From: Hyalangium minutum
GTDB taxonomy: Bacteria; Myxococcota; Myxococcia; Myxococcales; Myxococcaceae
Reading direction: 5' to 3'
DNA: 64,000 nt
Assembly: GCF_000737315.1 (NCBI RefSeq)
Contig: NZ_JMCB01000003.1
Span: 310,001 to 374,000 of the forward strand
Below the pieces are notes generated by a model. It saw only the letters and a list, made by a program, of their open reading frames with translations, ran no database searches and was not told where the DNA came from. Below are positions 10,701-20,052 of the stretch, one piece after another (the first letter of the stretch is position 1; each line of letters begins with the position of its first letter). The translations under genes and the position numbers were made by a program.

Positions 10701-11252
10701 GATGATCCGCTCGCTGTGCGCGTAGGCGATCGCCTCCGTCACCGCGAGGACGTGGGGCAGCAGGGCCAGCCGCTCTCCAAAGGTCTTCGTCTCCGAGAGC
10801 CGCTCATCCAACGAGCGCCCGGAGACGAGCCGCATCGCATAGAAGGGCTCGCCGTTGGACCAGCGCCCGGCCTCGTAGATGGGGACGATGCCGGGGTGCT
10901 GGAGCCGGGCCGTCACCAGTGCTTCATTGAGGAACCGGTTCTCGTCCGGCCCCTGGGGATGCAGCAGCTCCTTGAGGGCCACCGGCCGGCCCAGCCGCAG
11001 GTCCCGGGCGCGCAGGATGCGGCCAATCCCACCCCGGGCGAACACCCCCTCGATGGCATAGGTGTTCCGGTCCACCACGGGCAGGCGCTGGGCCTCCGTG
11101 GGAGGGGCAGGGGAGGGAGGGCGTTGCTTCGGGTCCCCCGAGGAGATGAGCGTCCCCGCGAGATCCACCGTGGGAGGCGTGTCCCCCGAAGAGCTCGGTT
11201 CGGGTGCGGCTCCCTCCGGAGGAGGAGGAGCGTTTCTGGCGGCGTCGCTCAT
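7764..11252 (-). CDS. Hanks-type Ser/Thr protein kinase with TM helix and 16 WD40 repeats
   Basis: RGGIGRI, VALKEL, HRDLKPAN, DWG, GTPAYMPPEQ; hydrophobic segment VLAVTAVVLAAWG; 16 GH...FSPDG...D..VRLW repeats. Confidence 0.93.
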   Translation of the reverse strand: MSDAARNAPPPPEGAAPEPSSSGDTPPTVDLAGTLISSGDPKQRPPSPAPPTEAQRLPVVDRNTYAIEGVFARGGIGRILRARDLRLGRPVALKELLHPQGPDENRFLNEALVTARLQHPGIVPIYEAGRWSNGEPFYAMRLVSGRSLDERLSETKTFGERLALLPHVLAVTEAIAYAHSERIIHRDLKPANVLVGEFGETVVIDWGLAKQLSQEAAPTSSPVAAAPTPRTPIFSAEAATPSSGGNANHTMAGIVLGTPAYMPPEQAAGRPVDERADVYALGAILYHLLVGARPYGGGSAHEVLDRVIAGSPTPLERLQKGVPEELLAIVTQAMARDPAQRYPTARALAEDLRRYLTGQLVGAHHYSRLDLVKRFVRRNRKVLAVTAVVLAAWGTTGALSVRRILHERDRAEHKQLEAEAASREATLRADQLTLVEARAAVERFPNKALEWLGTLSPVFTQWGSARVIAADAQARGLATLLRGHTQGVNFVTFSPDGRWLATVSDDRTVRLWNAQSGAMRLLGSHGDEVWRAAFSPDGQWLATTGKDRTLRLWNVQSGDGQVLQGHVAPIFGVVFSPDNRRVFTSSLDGEVWRWDLPGGKGQRLGKHEGWVASLDSSPDSRRLVTVGKDDKTLRLWDVETGESQTLGTHPAQPYQVTFSPDGKLIATGCADGKVRLWEAATGKLRVLEGHTNRVQSVAFSPDGTKLASRSHDGTVRLWDLATGTARVFEGSKEPPAPLAFSKDGRWVATGGRDRLAWLWDVNTGQGRALRGAEDAVTSLAFAPDGQRLAVASVDGVTRLYPVGANPSQLVGQHTGPVLSLRFSRDGQTLLSSGADGLASRWNVTGAGTVKMRGHRSEVPLARLSPDGERAVTGGADGTVRLWDRSGRELQALPFSAHPIRALEFSPSGDWVAVGSADGMVRLWDPTTGKERTLGQHANGGVLCLSFSPDGRFVASGGEDNSLRLWNLESGQGRVLHTSDDVVVALAFSHDGRWLVSGSKDHTLWLQELPSGQGRRLDVGGIGVLAVGFSPDGQRLVSSSQGDNSLRLWDVETGAARGVLRGHLNQVNHFAWSPEGQRMVTASDDRTVRIWDVESGESRVLQGHTDSVVQVAFSPDGKSVASASKDGTVRLWPEDLPLAPNALRTWLRETLAAEDSGATSAKP

Positions 11253-11270
11253 CGTGCTCCTCAGAGGGGC

Positions 11271-12380
11271 CTACTGCTGCGGCTTCGCGGCGTCGATCAG
11301 GATGCGGTGCCGGAAGAGCTCGACCAGGATGTCATCGTGCAGATCCGCCTGCTTCTCGTCCCGGAGGCGCTGGCGCACCGTCTCCACGGGCTCCTTGCCG
11401 GTGAACTCCACCAGCAGCGAGTACGCCTCACCGGGCAGGGCCACCGCGTCGAGCTCGCTGTACGACGCCATGGCCACGCTCCCATCCGGCAGCCACTGGA
11501 TGGTGGCGCTGGGGTTGAGCTTGAGCGTCTTGGGCAGGCTCGCGGTGACGGCGTTCCCGTGGAGCCGCTTGAGGACGGACAGCTCGATGATTCCGTCGAT
11601 GCCGAGCAGGTTCTCGAACTCCTCCGAGGACAGGGCCCGGACGACGTCATACGAGCGCCGGTAGAACTCTTCCTCGCGGCCCACCCAGGGGTGCCAGAGC
11701 TCGGCGTAGTCCTTCTCGGGGAGGCGCTGGTCGTCCAGGTCCTCGACCGTGAGCGGCCCGCTCTGGTTGTCGGCCTTGTCCTTGCCGAGCAGCACGTAGT
11801 CCGGCAGCAGCTGGAGCAGGGCGTAGCGCGACAGCTGGATCTCGGCCAGCGTGAGCCACGTCTTCAAGGTCATCCAGAACTTCCGGCCGTCCGCGCCCGC
11901 CACGTACTTGCAGAAGTACGTCGAGCACACCGCCTCGCGGTAGCGCCAGATGGTGCACAGGCCCCCGTTCGGCTCGTAATAAGGACAGCGGAGGGACTCG
12001 GAGCGGCCGAACGCCTGCCGCGCGTTCATATAAAGGAGGTTGTAGCGGGTGGGGGCCTTGATCCACTGCGGGTTCACGCTGGCGCCCCGGGCGATCTTCG
12101 CCTGGATGCGCCGCCGGCCCTCGGCCATGCCGGCCTCCTCGTCCGAGAGGATCGCTCCCACCAGGTAGTTGGGCAGGCGAGGGTGGTAGGTGCAGCACTT
12201 GGTATCCGGCCGGAAGAACCGGTTCACCCCATCCACCGAGTCAATGCGGAGGGGGTTGGCCGACTCGCACATGGCGCACGCGGAGCAGGTGGCCTTGGTC
12301 TCGGAGGGGATGGGGCTCTGGAAGAAGGAGGGGAAGAGGCCGCGATACAGGGCCGGCAGGCTGTCCAGGATGGAAGACAT
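11271..12380 (-). CDS. Cys-rich YkgJ/CxxCxxCC-like metal-cluster protein with C-terminal PqqD/RRE-like domain
   Basis: CSACAMC, KCCTYHP, CPYY...CTIWRYREAVCSTYFC; C-terminal 3-strand + 3-helix pattern. Confidence 0.6.
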   Translation of the reverse strand: MSSILDSLPALYRGLFPSFFQSPIPSETKATCSACAMCESANPLRIDSVDGVNRFFRPDTKCCTYHPRLPNYLVGAILSDEEAGMAEGRRRIQAKIARGASVNPQWIKAPTRYNLLYMNARQAFGRSESLRCPYYEPNGGLCTIWRYREAVCSTYFCKYVAGADGRKFWMTLKTWLTLAEIQLSRYALLQLLPDYVLLGKDKADNQSGPLTVEDLDDQRLPEKDYAELWHPWVGREEEFYRRSYDVVRALSSEEFENLLGIDGIIELSVLKRLHGNAVTASLPKTLKLNPSATIQWLPDGSVAMASYSELDAVALPGEAYSLLVEFTGKEPVETVRQRLRDEKQADLHDDILVELFRHRILIDAAKPQQ

Positions 12381-12386
12381 GGGCAC

Positions 12387-13187
12387 TCAGAACAGGTCGC
12401 CGATGCCGCTGGCGATGTCGAAGAAGAAGTCGATACCAACGTCGAGCAGATCGATGGCCTCAACGCCCGTCTCCACCACCTCCGCCACGGTCTCCGCGCT
12501 GCTGGAGTCGGCAATGGGAGTGGTGCCGACGGAGGTGGACGCCGCCTGAACCTGGGAGTCGATCTTCCGGAAGAAGCCGTCGAGCTTCATGTGCTCCATG
12601 AGGATCTGGGCTGCCACTGCGGGGGCCACGACACCCGCTGCCACCGCCGCGGGATTCAGGCCCTCGACAGTGGCCCCCAGGGCCTTGGGATCCAGGATGC
12701 ACAGGGGGGCGCGGCAGCGAGGGCAGGCCGAGTCGGTCTCCAATGAGATGGGATCTCCGCAGTCCGAGCACTGGAGGTGCTGGACGTGCTTCTTCAGCTC
12801 GGCGAGCTCCTTGGCATTCAGGCTGCGGACGATCCCCTTCTCTCGGAGGAACTGGAAGAAGGTGATGAAGTGCCCATGCTCGTTGGGGCAGCGGAAGTAC
12901 TGGAAGCGATTGCTGCGGGCCAGATCTTGAGTCTTCGTCAGCGTCGCCCGGCAGCGGGGGCAGGCGAGGGGCTCCTTCAGCCGGTAGTGCTCGTCCTTGT
13001 GGCCGTGCATCTGGCGGAAGAGCCGGAGGACTCCATTCGAGGAGAGCTGGATGCTCTCCTTGGCGTCGAACCACAGGCCGTGACAGGTAGGGCACACGTC
13101 CAACAGGACTTTGGCGCCGCGCGAGCCTTCGAAGCCCTGCTCGACGGTCTTGGACCTACAGGCGGGACAGTTCATTCCGGCCGCCAT
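12387..13187 (-). CDS. zf-TFIIB-like multi zinc-ribbon protein
   Basis: CPAC..LDVCPTCHGLWFD, CPRC..CPNEHG, CSDC..CPRC; start may be 13175 instead. Confidence 0.75.
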   Translation of the reverse strand: MAAGMNCPACRSKTVEQGFEGSRGAKVLLDVCPTCHGLWFDAKESIQLSSNGVLRLFRQMHGHKDEHYRLKEPLACPRCRATLTKTQDLARSNRFQYFRCPNEHGHFITFFQFLREKGIVRSLNAKELAELKKHVQHLQCSDCGDPISLETDSACPRCRAPLCILDPKALGATVEGLNPAAVAAGVVAPAVAAQILMEHMKLDGFFRKIDSQVQAASTSVGTTPIADSSSAETVAEVVETGVEAIDLLDVGIDFFFDIASGIGDLF

Positions 13188-13260
13188 CCTACAAAGAGAA
13201 GAGGCTGCCGGGGTGTGCCCCGACAGCCTCTCTGACTTCAAGGGGTTACGCGGGCAGGGC

Positions 13261-15345
13261 TCACCCCGCCGGCTTGGCCTTCACCGGAGGCTGCTTGCCT
13301 GGGCGCAGCTCCTCGAGCACCCGGTTGGCGCCGTAGATCTTCGCCAGGGCCTCGATGATGGCGTCACTGTGCACTGCCACCGTGCGGTTGACGCTCTCGT
13401 CGAAGCCGAAGTCACCGCCCAACGACTGGATGTTGCCGTCGAACACCAGGCCGACGATCTCCGCGTCCTTGTTGATCATGGGCGAGCCCGAGTTGCCGCC
13501 GATGATGTCGTTGGTCGTGACGAAGTTCATCGGGGTGGAGAGCTTCAGCTTGCTCTTGGAGTCGATCCAGCTCTTGGGCAGGGCGAAGGGGTCCTCGCCG
13601 GTGTTGCGCTCGTAGGCGCCGGCCATCTGGGTGAACGGAGTCACCTTCTTGCCGTTGTCCGTGTAGCCCTGAACGGAGCCGTAGGACAGGCGCAGGGAGA
13701 AGGTGGCGTCCGGGTAGACGTTGGTGCCGTAGGCCTCGAACTTCGCCTTGGCGACCAGCTCGCTGTTCTTGCGGATGACCGACTCGATGTTCTCCTCGTA
13801 GTTCTTCCGGATGGCGCGGCCGTCCGGGTCCACGAGGATGGCCAGCTGGATCATCGGATCCTTGGAGCTGGTGATGGCCTTCTTGCCGCCCTCGAACAGC
13901 TTCTCACGCACCGCCACGTCCCGCAGCTGGGTGCCGTTGACCAGGCGGGTGGCCAGGCCCAGCGGGGACTCCTTGCCCAGCACCTTCTTCACGAAGGGGT
14001 GATCCGGGCCGAGCTCCTCGCGCAGCTTGGTGAGCGAGAACTCCAGTCGGGCGATCTCCAGCTCGGGGTAGATGGGGGCGGTGCTGAACAGCTGGGCCTT
14101 GAAGGCGGGCAGGCCGGCGTCGGTGTACTCGCGCAGGCGCTGGCCGTTCTCCTTGGGGAGCTCGTCCGCGGCGCGCACCAGCCGCTGGGCGATGTTGAAG
14201 AGGCTCGAGCTGAGGCCCTGACCCTGCTCGATGTAGTTCAGCTCCTTGCGGATGAGCTTGAGCTGCTCCTGGGCCTTGGCGATCTCGTCCCACGCCGCGC
14301 CGTACTTCTTCTTCAGCTCGGGGTTGGCCTCGACCTTCTGGCGGAGCTCCTGCTCGGCGGCGACCTTGGTGGCGAAGAACTTCTTGTCCACCAGCGCCTC
14401 GTGCCTGCCCTTGATGGCCTTGAGCCCGTTCTCCACGCCGAACTTCATGTTGTTGGAGATGCGCTGCTGCTCGGGGCCGCGCTTCTGGAACTCGGTGATC
14501 ATGCCGCGGATCTCGGCCAGGGTGACCAGCGTCTTGGGCATGACCACGTCGCGCTGGTACTCCAGCTCCGCCACGGTGAGGCCGCGCGAGGTGCGGCCCG
14601 GGTGTCCGGAGACGAAGGTGAGCTCGCCGTCCTTGGCGCCGCCCTTGGACCACTTGAAGTAGTTGGCGATCTGCGCCGGCTTGTCGTCCTGGTAGACGCG
14701 CACGAAGGAGACGTCCAAGTCATACCGGGGGAACTCGAAGTTGTCCGGGTCGCCGCCGAAGAAGGCGATGGCGTGCTCGGGGGCGAACACCAGGCGCACG
14801 TCCTGGAAGCGGCGGTACTTATAGAGGTTGTACTTGCCGCCCTGGTACAGGGTGACGACGTCGCAGCGGACCTGATCGCTGGTGGCGCAGTCCTTCTCGA
14901 TCTTGGACATCTCGGCCTTGAGGGTGTCCGAGTACTGCTTGCCGGAGAGCCCCTGGGTGGCCTTGTTGAGCTGATCGGTGACGTCGACGATCTCGCTCAG
15001 CTGGTTGATCTCCATGGCCGGGCACTTGAGCTCGTCGGCCTCGGTCTTCGCGGAGAAGCCGTTGGCGATGTAGTCCTTCTCGGCGGTGGAGAGCTGCTCG
15101 ATGCAGCCGCGAGCGCAGTGGTGGTTGGTCATCACCAGGCCGTTGGGCGACACGAAGCTGGCAGAGCAGCCGCCGGCGAGCCGGGCCGAGGACAGGCGCA
15201 CGTTGTCGAGCCACTGCTGCGAGGGCTCGAAGCCGTACTTGGCCTTCACCTTGGCGGAGGGGAAATTGTTATAGGTCCACATGCCCTCATCGGCGAGCGC
15301 GGGGAGTGCACCCACCAGGGCGGCCACAACGACCAGACGCTTCAT
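13261..15345 (-). CDS. S46 family dipeptidyl peptidase (DPP7/DPP11-like), secreted
   Basis: Signal peptide then ADEGMW, GCSASFVSPNGLVMTNHHC, TNDIIGGNSGSP, GLVFDGN. Confidence 0.93.
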   Translation of the reverse strand: MKRLVVVAALVGALPALADEGMWTYNNFPSAKVKAKYGFEPSQQWLDNVRLSSARLAGGCSASFVSPNGLVMTNHHCARGCIEQLSTAEKDYIANGFSAKTEADELKCPAMEINQLSEIVDVTDQLNKATQGLSGKQYSDTLKAEMSKIEKDCATSDQVRCDVVTLYQGGKYNLYKYRRFQDVRLVFAPEHAIAFFGGDPDNFEFPRYDLDVSFVRVYQDDKPAQIANYFKWSKGGAKDGELTFVSGHPGRTSRGLTVAELEYQRDVVMPKTLVTLAEIRGMITEFQKRGPEQQRISNNMKFGVENGLKAIKGRHEALVDKKFFATKVAAEQELRQKVEANPELKKKYGAAWDEIAKAQEQLKLIRKELNYIEQGQGLSSSLFNIAQRLVRAADELPKENGQRLREYTDAGLPAFKAQLFSTAPIYPELEIARLEFSLTKLREELGPDHPFVKKVLGKESPLGLATRLVNGTQLRDVAVREKLFEGGKKAITSSKDPMIQLAILVDPDGRAIRKNYEENIESVIRKNSELVAKAKFEAYGTNVYPDATFSLRLSYGSVQGYTDNGKKVTPFTQMAGAYERNTGEDPFALPKSWIDSKSKLKLSTPMNFVTTNDIIGGNSGSPMINKDAEIVGLVFDGNIQSLGGDFGFDESVNRTVAVHSDAIIEALAKIYGANRVLEELRPGKQPPVKAKPAG

Positions 15346-15557
15346 GAATGGTTCCTTTCCGGGAGCCAGAAGTGCCGCGCGTTCTGCGGGAAGCTCCGGT
15401 CTCGGTCAAGCAGGGAAAAAATCCCCGGCCCCTGAACGGCTCGGCGGGCATTTGATTTCCGGGCCCTGCTGATTCTTTGGAACCCGCACCCTACCTGGAG
15501 AATTTGGTAGGAGCGGCATGACGCGTTGTGGCGAGGACTCGGGGTGGGAAGCGGGCA

Positions 15558-15692
15558 GGTGGCCCGGCGGGCCTGCCGCTCGCCAGGCTTGTAGCAGGCC
15601 ACGAAGTCGTCCAGGTGCTCGCGTTTGTTGGCGGGCTTGCGCTCGAAGAAGAGGACGTTCGCCTTGACGCCCTGGGCATAGAAGATGCCGGT
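15558..15692 (-). pseudogene. hsdM: Relic of type I restriction-modification methyltransferase (HsdM) C-terminal region
   Basis: TGIFYAQGVKANVLFFERKPA joined to EHLDDFVACYKP; matches my recollection of HsdM C-termini with the intervening part deleted. Confidence 0.65.
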
Positions 15693-15748
15693 GAATTTCC
15701 CAGCCGCTTGCTGGCTGGGGTTGTTCATGGGGTTCTCTTGGGACTTCT

Positions 15749-16192
15749 TCACTGAACGGCGAGGACTCGTCCCTTGCCATCAATGGCGTAGATGGCTCCT
15801 GCATCGAAAAGGAGGAAGCCTGTTGTATCAATCTGGCATTTGGCGAAGTCTGGGGAGAAGGACACGAAGAACAGGTTGTCATTCACCTTGAGCACAGAGA
15901 CGTCATAGATATCCCGGCGCAGGAGGCATTTCGCCATCTGCTCGTCATGCGCCACGGCCTTCACGCCCGGGGGCATGAACTCGTTCCTGGCAACCTCCAG
16001 CGCTGCCATGGAAGGGCCGTCTAACCGGACGGCGTTCTCGTACGAGTCAGGGAACACAACCTTCTCCGCTTCAGCGGGAGGGGCCCACTCGGCACCTCGG
16101 TATTTGTAGTAGCCGAAGAATGAGCAACCCGGAAGGAGAGTGGAGCAGCAAGCTGATAGAAGCAGTGGCTTCACGAAGCCGTGATCTGTCAT
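15749..16192 (-). CDS. Small myxobacterial lipoprotein, partner/immunity-like
   Basis: Lipobox LPGC; ATGA overlap with upstream gene stop; C-terminal GAIYAIDGKGRVLAVQ. Confidence 0.65.
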   Translation of the reverse strand: MTDHGFVKPLLLSACCSTLLPGCSFFGYYKYRGAEWAPPAEAEKVVFPDSYENAVRLDGPSMAALEVARNEFMPPGVKAVAHDEQMAKCLLRRDIYDVSVLKVNDNLFFVSFSPDFAKCQIDTTGFLLFDAGAIYAIDGKGRVLAVQ

Positions 16193-16799
16193 GGGAGCCA
16201 ATCCTTGCCGTCTATCATTTGAATGTTGCCCGCTTCGTCATAGACGCGACCAATGGCTTCAAGGTGGTTGTCGCGGAGAGCGGAAACGACTTGGGTCACC
16301 ATGTTAAAAGAGTAGGCTCTGCATGTTCCGTTCTTCTCCCTAAAAAAGAGCCACAACTCACGCTGAATGACCTTGCCCGTGGTTCTATCGACGGCACGGG
16401 AGGGATGCCAGCGGAGCCTCAAGTCTTTCGCGGAGAACTTGCGGTTATGAGGGTGCGTATGCGCGCCTCCGACAATGAGTGCGTCAAGATGAAGGGGATC
16501 GTTCAAGACGAGAGGGATGAGACACGTCTTGACTCCCTTGCTTCGGTACCGTTCGTGGCGCCTCCTTGGCTGGTCATCAGTTCACAAGCGCTGTGCGCGA
16601 GTTCTTCTTGTGACTTGAAGGGACCGGCCAAGGGGCCGTCAACTTGTAAGCGACCATCGGGAAGACGGCGTGCTCTGAGGTTCGGGTTTGGGGCGCAGTT
16701 GGCCAAGAGTAGGCCTGATGCCAGGGCCAGTAGCCTCCGCAATCCACTGGGGCGGGCCCTCGATTTCACACCAGCCACATGCACGGGCTTGTCGGTCAT
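16189..16799 (-). pseudogene. Lipoprotein with JAB/MPN-like HxH...SxxD motif, frameshifted near 16550
   Basis: 5' part has lipobox LANC and GPLAGPF; 3' part in another frame reads SKGVKTCLIPLVLNDP...GGAHTHPHNRKFSAKDL. Confidence 0.65.
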
Positions 16800-16843
16800 G
16801 ACGAGGTGTGGCAAGGCAGGAGTGGCCCCCGTCAGATGATTAA

Positions 16844-17929
<1,086 letters not shown>

Positions 17930-18125
17930 TCAATTGGAGCGGAAAACGAGCCGTGGGAATGGCCATGGGAGGGCTGGGGGACCGGGCGGAAAGGCCACGA
18001 AAACGGTCACGAACTTAGTTTACATAACGCATCTTATCAGACCCAACGCCAGAGGGAGCCAGGGGAGAAACCGGGCCACCAGACGCCGGGTTTCCCCTTC
18101 ATGGGCTCGTTATTTTGGCCTGCTT

Positions 18126-18377
18126 CTACGGCTTGGACTTCTTGAGGAGACGCTGGCCGGCCTCAATCGCCTTCTTGGCGGTTTGAGCGACCACGCCGGG
18201 CTCCGTTCCGGCTGTCTCCACGCCCATCGCTTCGAGCACGGCTCTTCGGAGCCTGAGGCTCTCGAGCACGATCGCGTTGACGCTTCGGCCAGTGGCTTTG
18301 ACCTCTTCTGCAAGCTCGTGCTCCTCGTAGGCGGGAAGCTGGATGGTGTGCTGCGACAGCTCAGGCTGCTTGGGCAT
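18126..18377 (-). CDS. Small hypothetical protein, possibly ribbon-helix-helix DNA-binding
   Basis: GGAG RBS before ATG; HTIQLP-helix-GRSVNAIVLESL pattern resembles Arc/CopG. Confidence 0.45.
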   Translation of the reverse strand: MPKQPELSQHTIQLPAYEEHELAEEVKATGRSVNAIVLESLRLRRAVLEAMGVETAGTEPGVVAQTAKKAIEAGQRLLKKSKP

Positions 18378-18601
18378 GGTGGCGGTCTCCAGGTGAACGA
18401 CGGTGTTGGCGGAAGAAGTTCCAGGGGCGCTTTGTCACCCTACCGCACAGGTAGAGTCGATCGCACCCTCCTTCATGGGTTTCGTCGACCCCAGAACCTG
18501 CCAGGTTCTCCTCGGTGCCAGGTTGTCCCGCCAACGGCCCGTCATGCAGGCCCGTCTTCGCGCTTCACCCGGCCACCCGTGGGACGTACCGTGTCCGGCC
18601 T

Positions 18602-19147
18602 ATGCATCTCCTCCGTCGCGGCCTCATGGCCCTCTGCCTGTCGACCCTCCTGACCGGATGCCCGGACAAGCAGTCCGCCACCCTCGCTGACGGCGGCGTG
18701 GCCGAGGCCCCCCAGGATGCAGGCCCAGCCGCGCCTCCTCCCGCCGCCTTCACGGTCCGCTACCAGCTCAATGATGGAGGCATGGAGGCCATCCCCCTTG
18801 CCGTCGACGAGCGGCCCACCATCGAGTCCACCTCCATGGTCGAGCTCCGAAGCTCCATCGGCCTGCGCAATTACCGCATCCGCCTCTTTGATGAGGCCGA
18901 GCGCGCCATGGTCTCCGATGACTCCGCCGAGGAGTCTCCCTCCGGAGTCACCTACCGGATCGCGCTGCCCACTCCTCTCAAGTCCGGCCACAAGTACACG
19001 GTCGTCCTGGATGCCCAAACGGGCTCATCCATGACCGATGCCCTCGGCCGCGAAGTCGAAGATCTCCGCTTTGAGTTCCAGGTGGCCGGCGAGAAGGAAA
19101 AGGACGCCCCTCCGCCCCCGCCCAAGAAGAAGAAGAAGGGCCGGTAG
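18602..19147 (+). CDS. Lipoprotein with Ig-like domain, Lys-rich C-terminus
   Basis: MHLLRRGLMALCLSTLLTGC lipobox; PLKSGHKYTVVLD Ig-like motif. Confidence 0.7.
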   Translation: MHLLRRGLMALCLSTLLTGCPDKQSATLADGGVAEAPQDAGPAAPPPAAFTVRYQLNDGGMEAIPLAVDERPTIESTSMVELRSSIGLRNYRIRLFDEAERAMVSDDSAEESPSGVTYRIALPTPLKSGHKYTVVLDAQTGSSMTDALGREVEDLRFEFQVAGEKEKDAPPPPPKKKKKGR

Positions 19148-19155
19148 CCCGCGCC

Positions 19156-20052
19156 TCAGAGCTCGCGCAGATCCCGATCCTGGCTGCGCACCCGGGCGAT
19201 CGTCTCCATATCCCGCTCCGTGGGCCCCAGCTCCAGGATGAGCTTACTCACGTCGTACAGCACGTCCCCGCGGTGGAACACCGGCAGCCGCGGTACGTCC
19301 TGGTTCAGCTCGTCCGCGCCCTTGTTGTACGTGACGTCCATCAACGTCCGCAGCTGGAACGCGTCATAGAGGTTGTACTCCACCAGGAACCGCAGGGCCT
19401 CCACGTCCCCCCGCGCCTTGTATGCCCGCCACAGCAGCACCGCGTCCCACCCGTTCACGCCCCGCAGGTGCGGCGGCCGGCCCATGCCCAGGCTGTCCTC
19501 GATCTCCTTCAGCCCGCCGCCCATCCCCAGCCGCTTCGTCACGAACCGCAGATCGATGTGCGCGTCCGGCTTTGGAAACCGGGACTCGCCGAAGTAGTCC
19601 CGCAGCACCGGCGCGTCGAAGCACGTCCCGTTGAACGACACCCAGAGCCGCCGCGCCGCCATCGCCTCCGGCAGCGCGTCCATGTTCCGGCCGTGGATGA
19701 ACACGTGCAGCCCGGCGCTGTCGAACAGGCTCACCACCGTGGGCACCTGCTGCTCCCGCCCATCCGTCTCGATGTCGAAGAACAGCGCGTCCTCGGCGAA
19801 GTCCGGGTACAGCCGCCAGTGCTCCCGCGACGGCACCAGCTCCACCAACCCGCGCAGATCCTTCCGCGCCAGCGCCTCCCGCGCCTTCGCGATGTACTCG
19901 CGCGCCACGCCGTCCGACTTCTTGCTGATGGCCGGTGCGCCCGTGCCCGCCGCCGGAAAGTCGTCCCACGTGCGGATGCCCTGCGCCCAGAGATCCTTCT
20001 CCCGGTACGGCCCCACGCCCGGAATGTGCTGGAACGTCCGCTGCAACATCAC
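19156..20052 (-). CDS. RNase H-like DEDD exonuclease domain protein (YprB/RNase_H_2 family)
   Basis: FFDIETDG, SFNGTCFD, HIDLRF, YNLYD; N-terminal HhH-like IPGVG. Confidence 0.85.
   Translation of the reverse strand: MMLQRTFQHIPGVGPYREKDLWAQGIRTWDDFPAAGTGAPAISKKSDGVAREYIAKAREALARKDLRGLVELVPSREHWRLYPDFAEDALFFDIETDGREQQVPTVVSLFDSAGLHVFIHGRNMDALPEAMAARRLWVSFNGTCFDAPVLRDYFGESRFPKPDAHIDLRFVTKRLGMGGGLKEIEDSLGMGRPPHLRGVNGWDAVLLWRAYKARGDVEALRFLVEYNLYDAFQLRTLMDVTYNKGADELNQDVPRLPVFHRGDVLYDVSKLILELGPTERDMETIARVRSQDRDLREL

Noticed and set aside
7764-11252. DWG instead of DFG as sign of an inactive kinase
   Set aside because: The Asp is kept, HRDLKPAN and the Lys are intact, and DWG is a known active variant
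8562-12746. 1394-aa plus-strand ORF, and similar long ORFs (13111-15435, 22467-24995, 26993-28582, 39075-41285, 52108-54855, 60597-63248)
   Set aside because: They lie antisense to well-supported genes, lack motifs and are R/G/A/P-rich; these are typical shadow ORFs of high-GC codon bias
15342-15752. 136-aa ORF as a functional gene
   Set aside because: Only ~45 codons resemble HsdM; the rest is intergenic-like and runs into the S46 start
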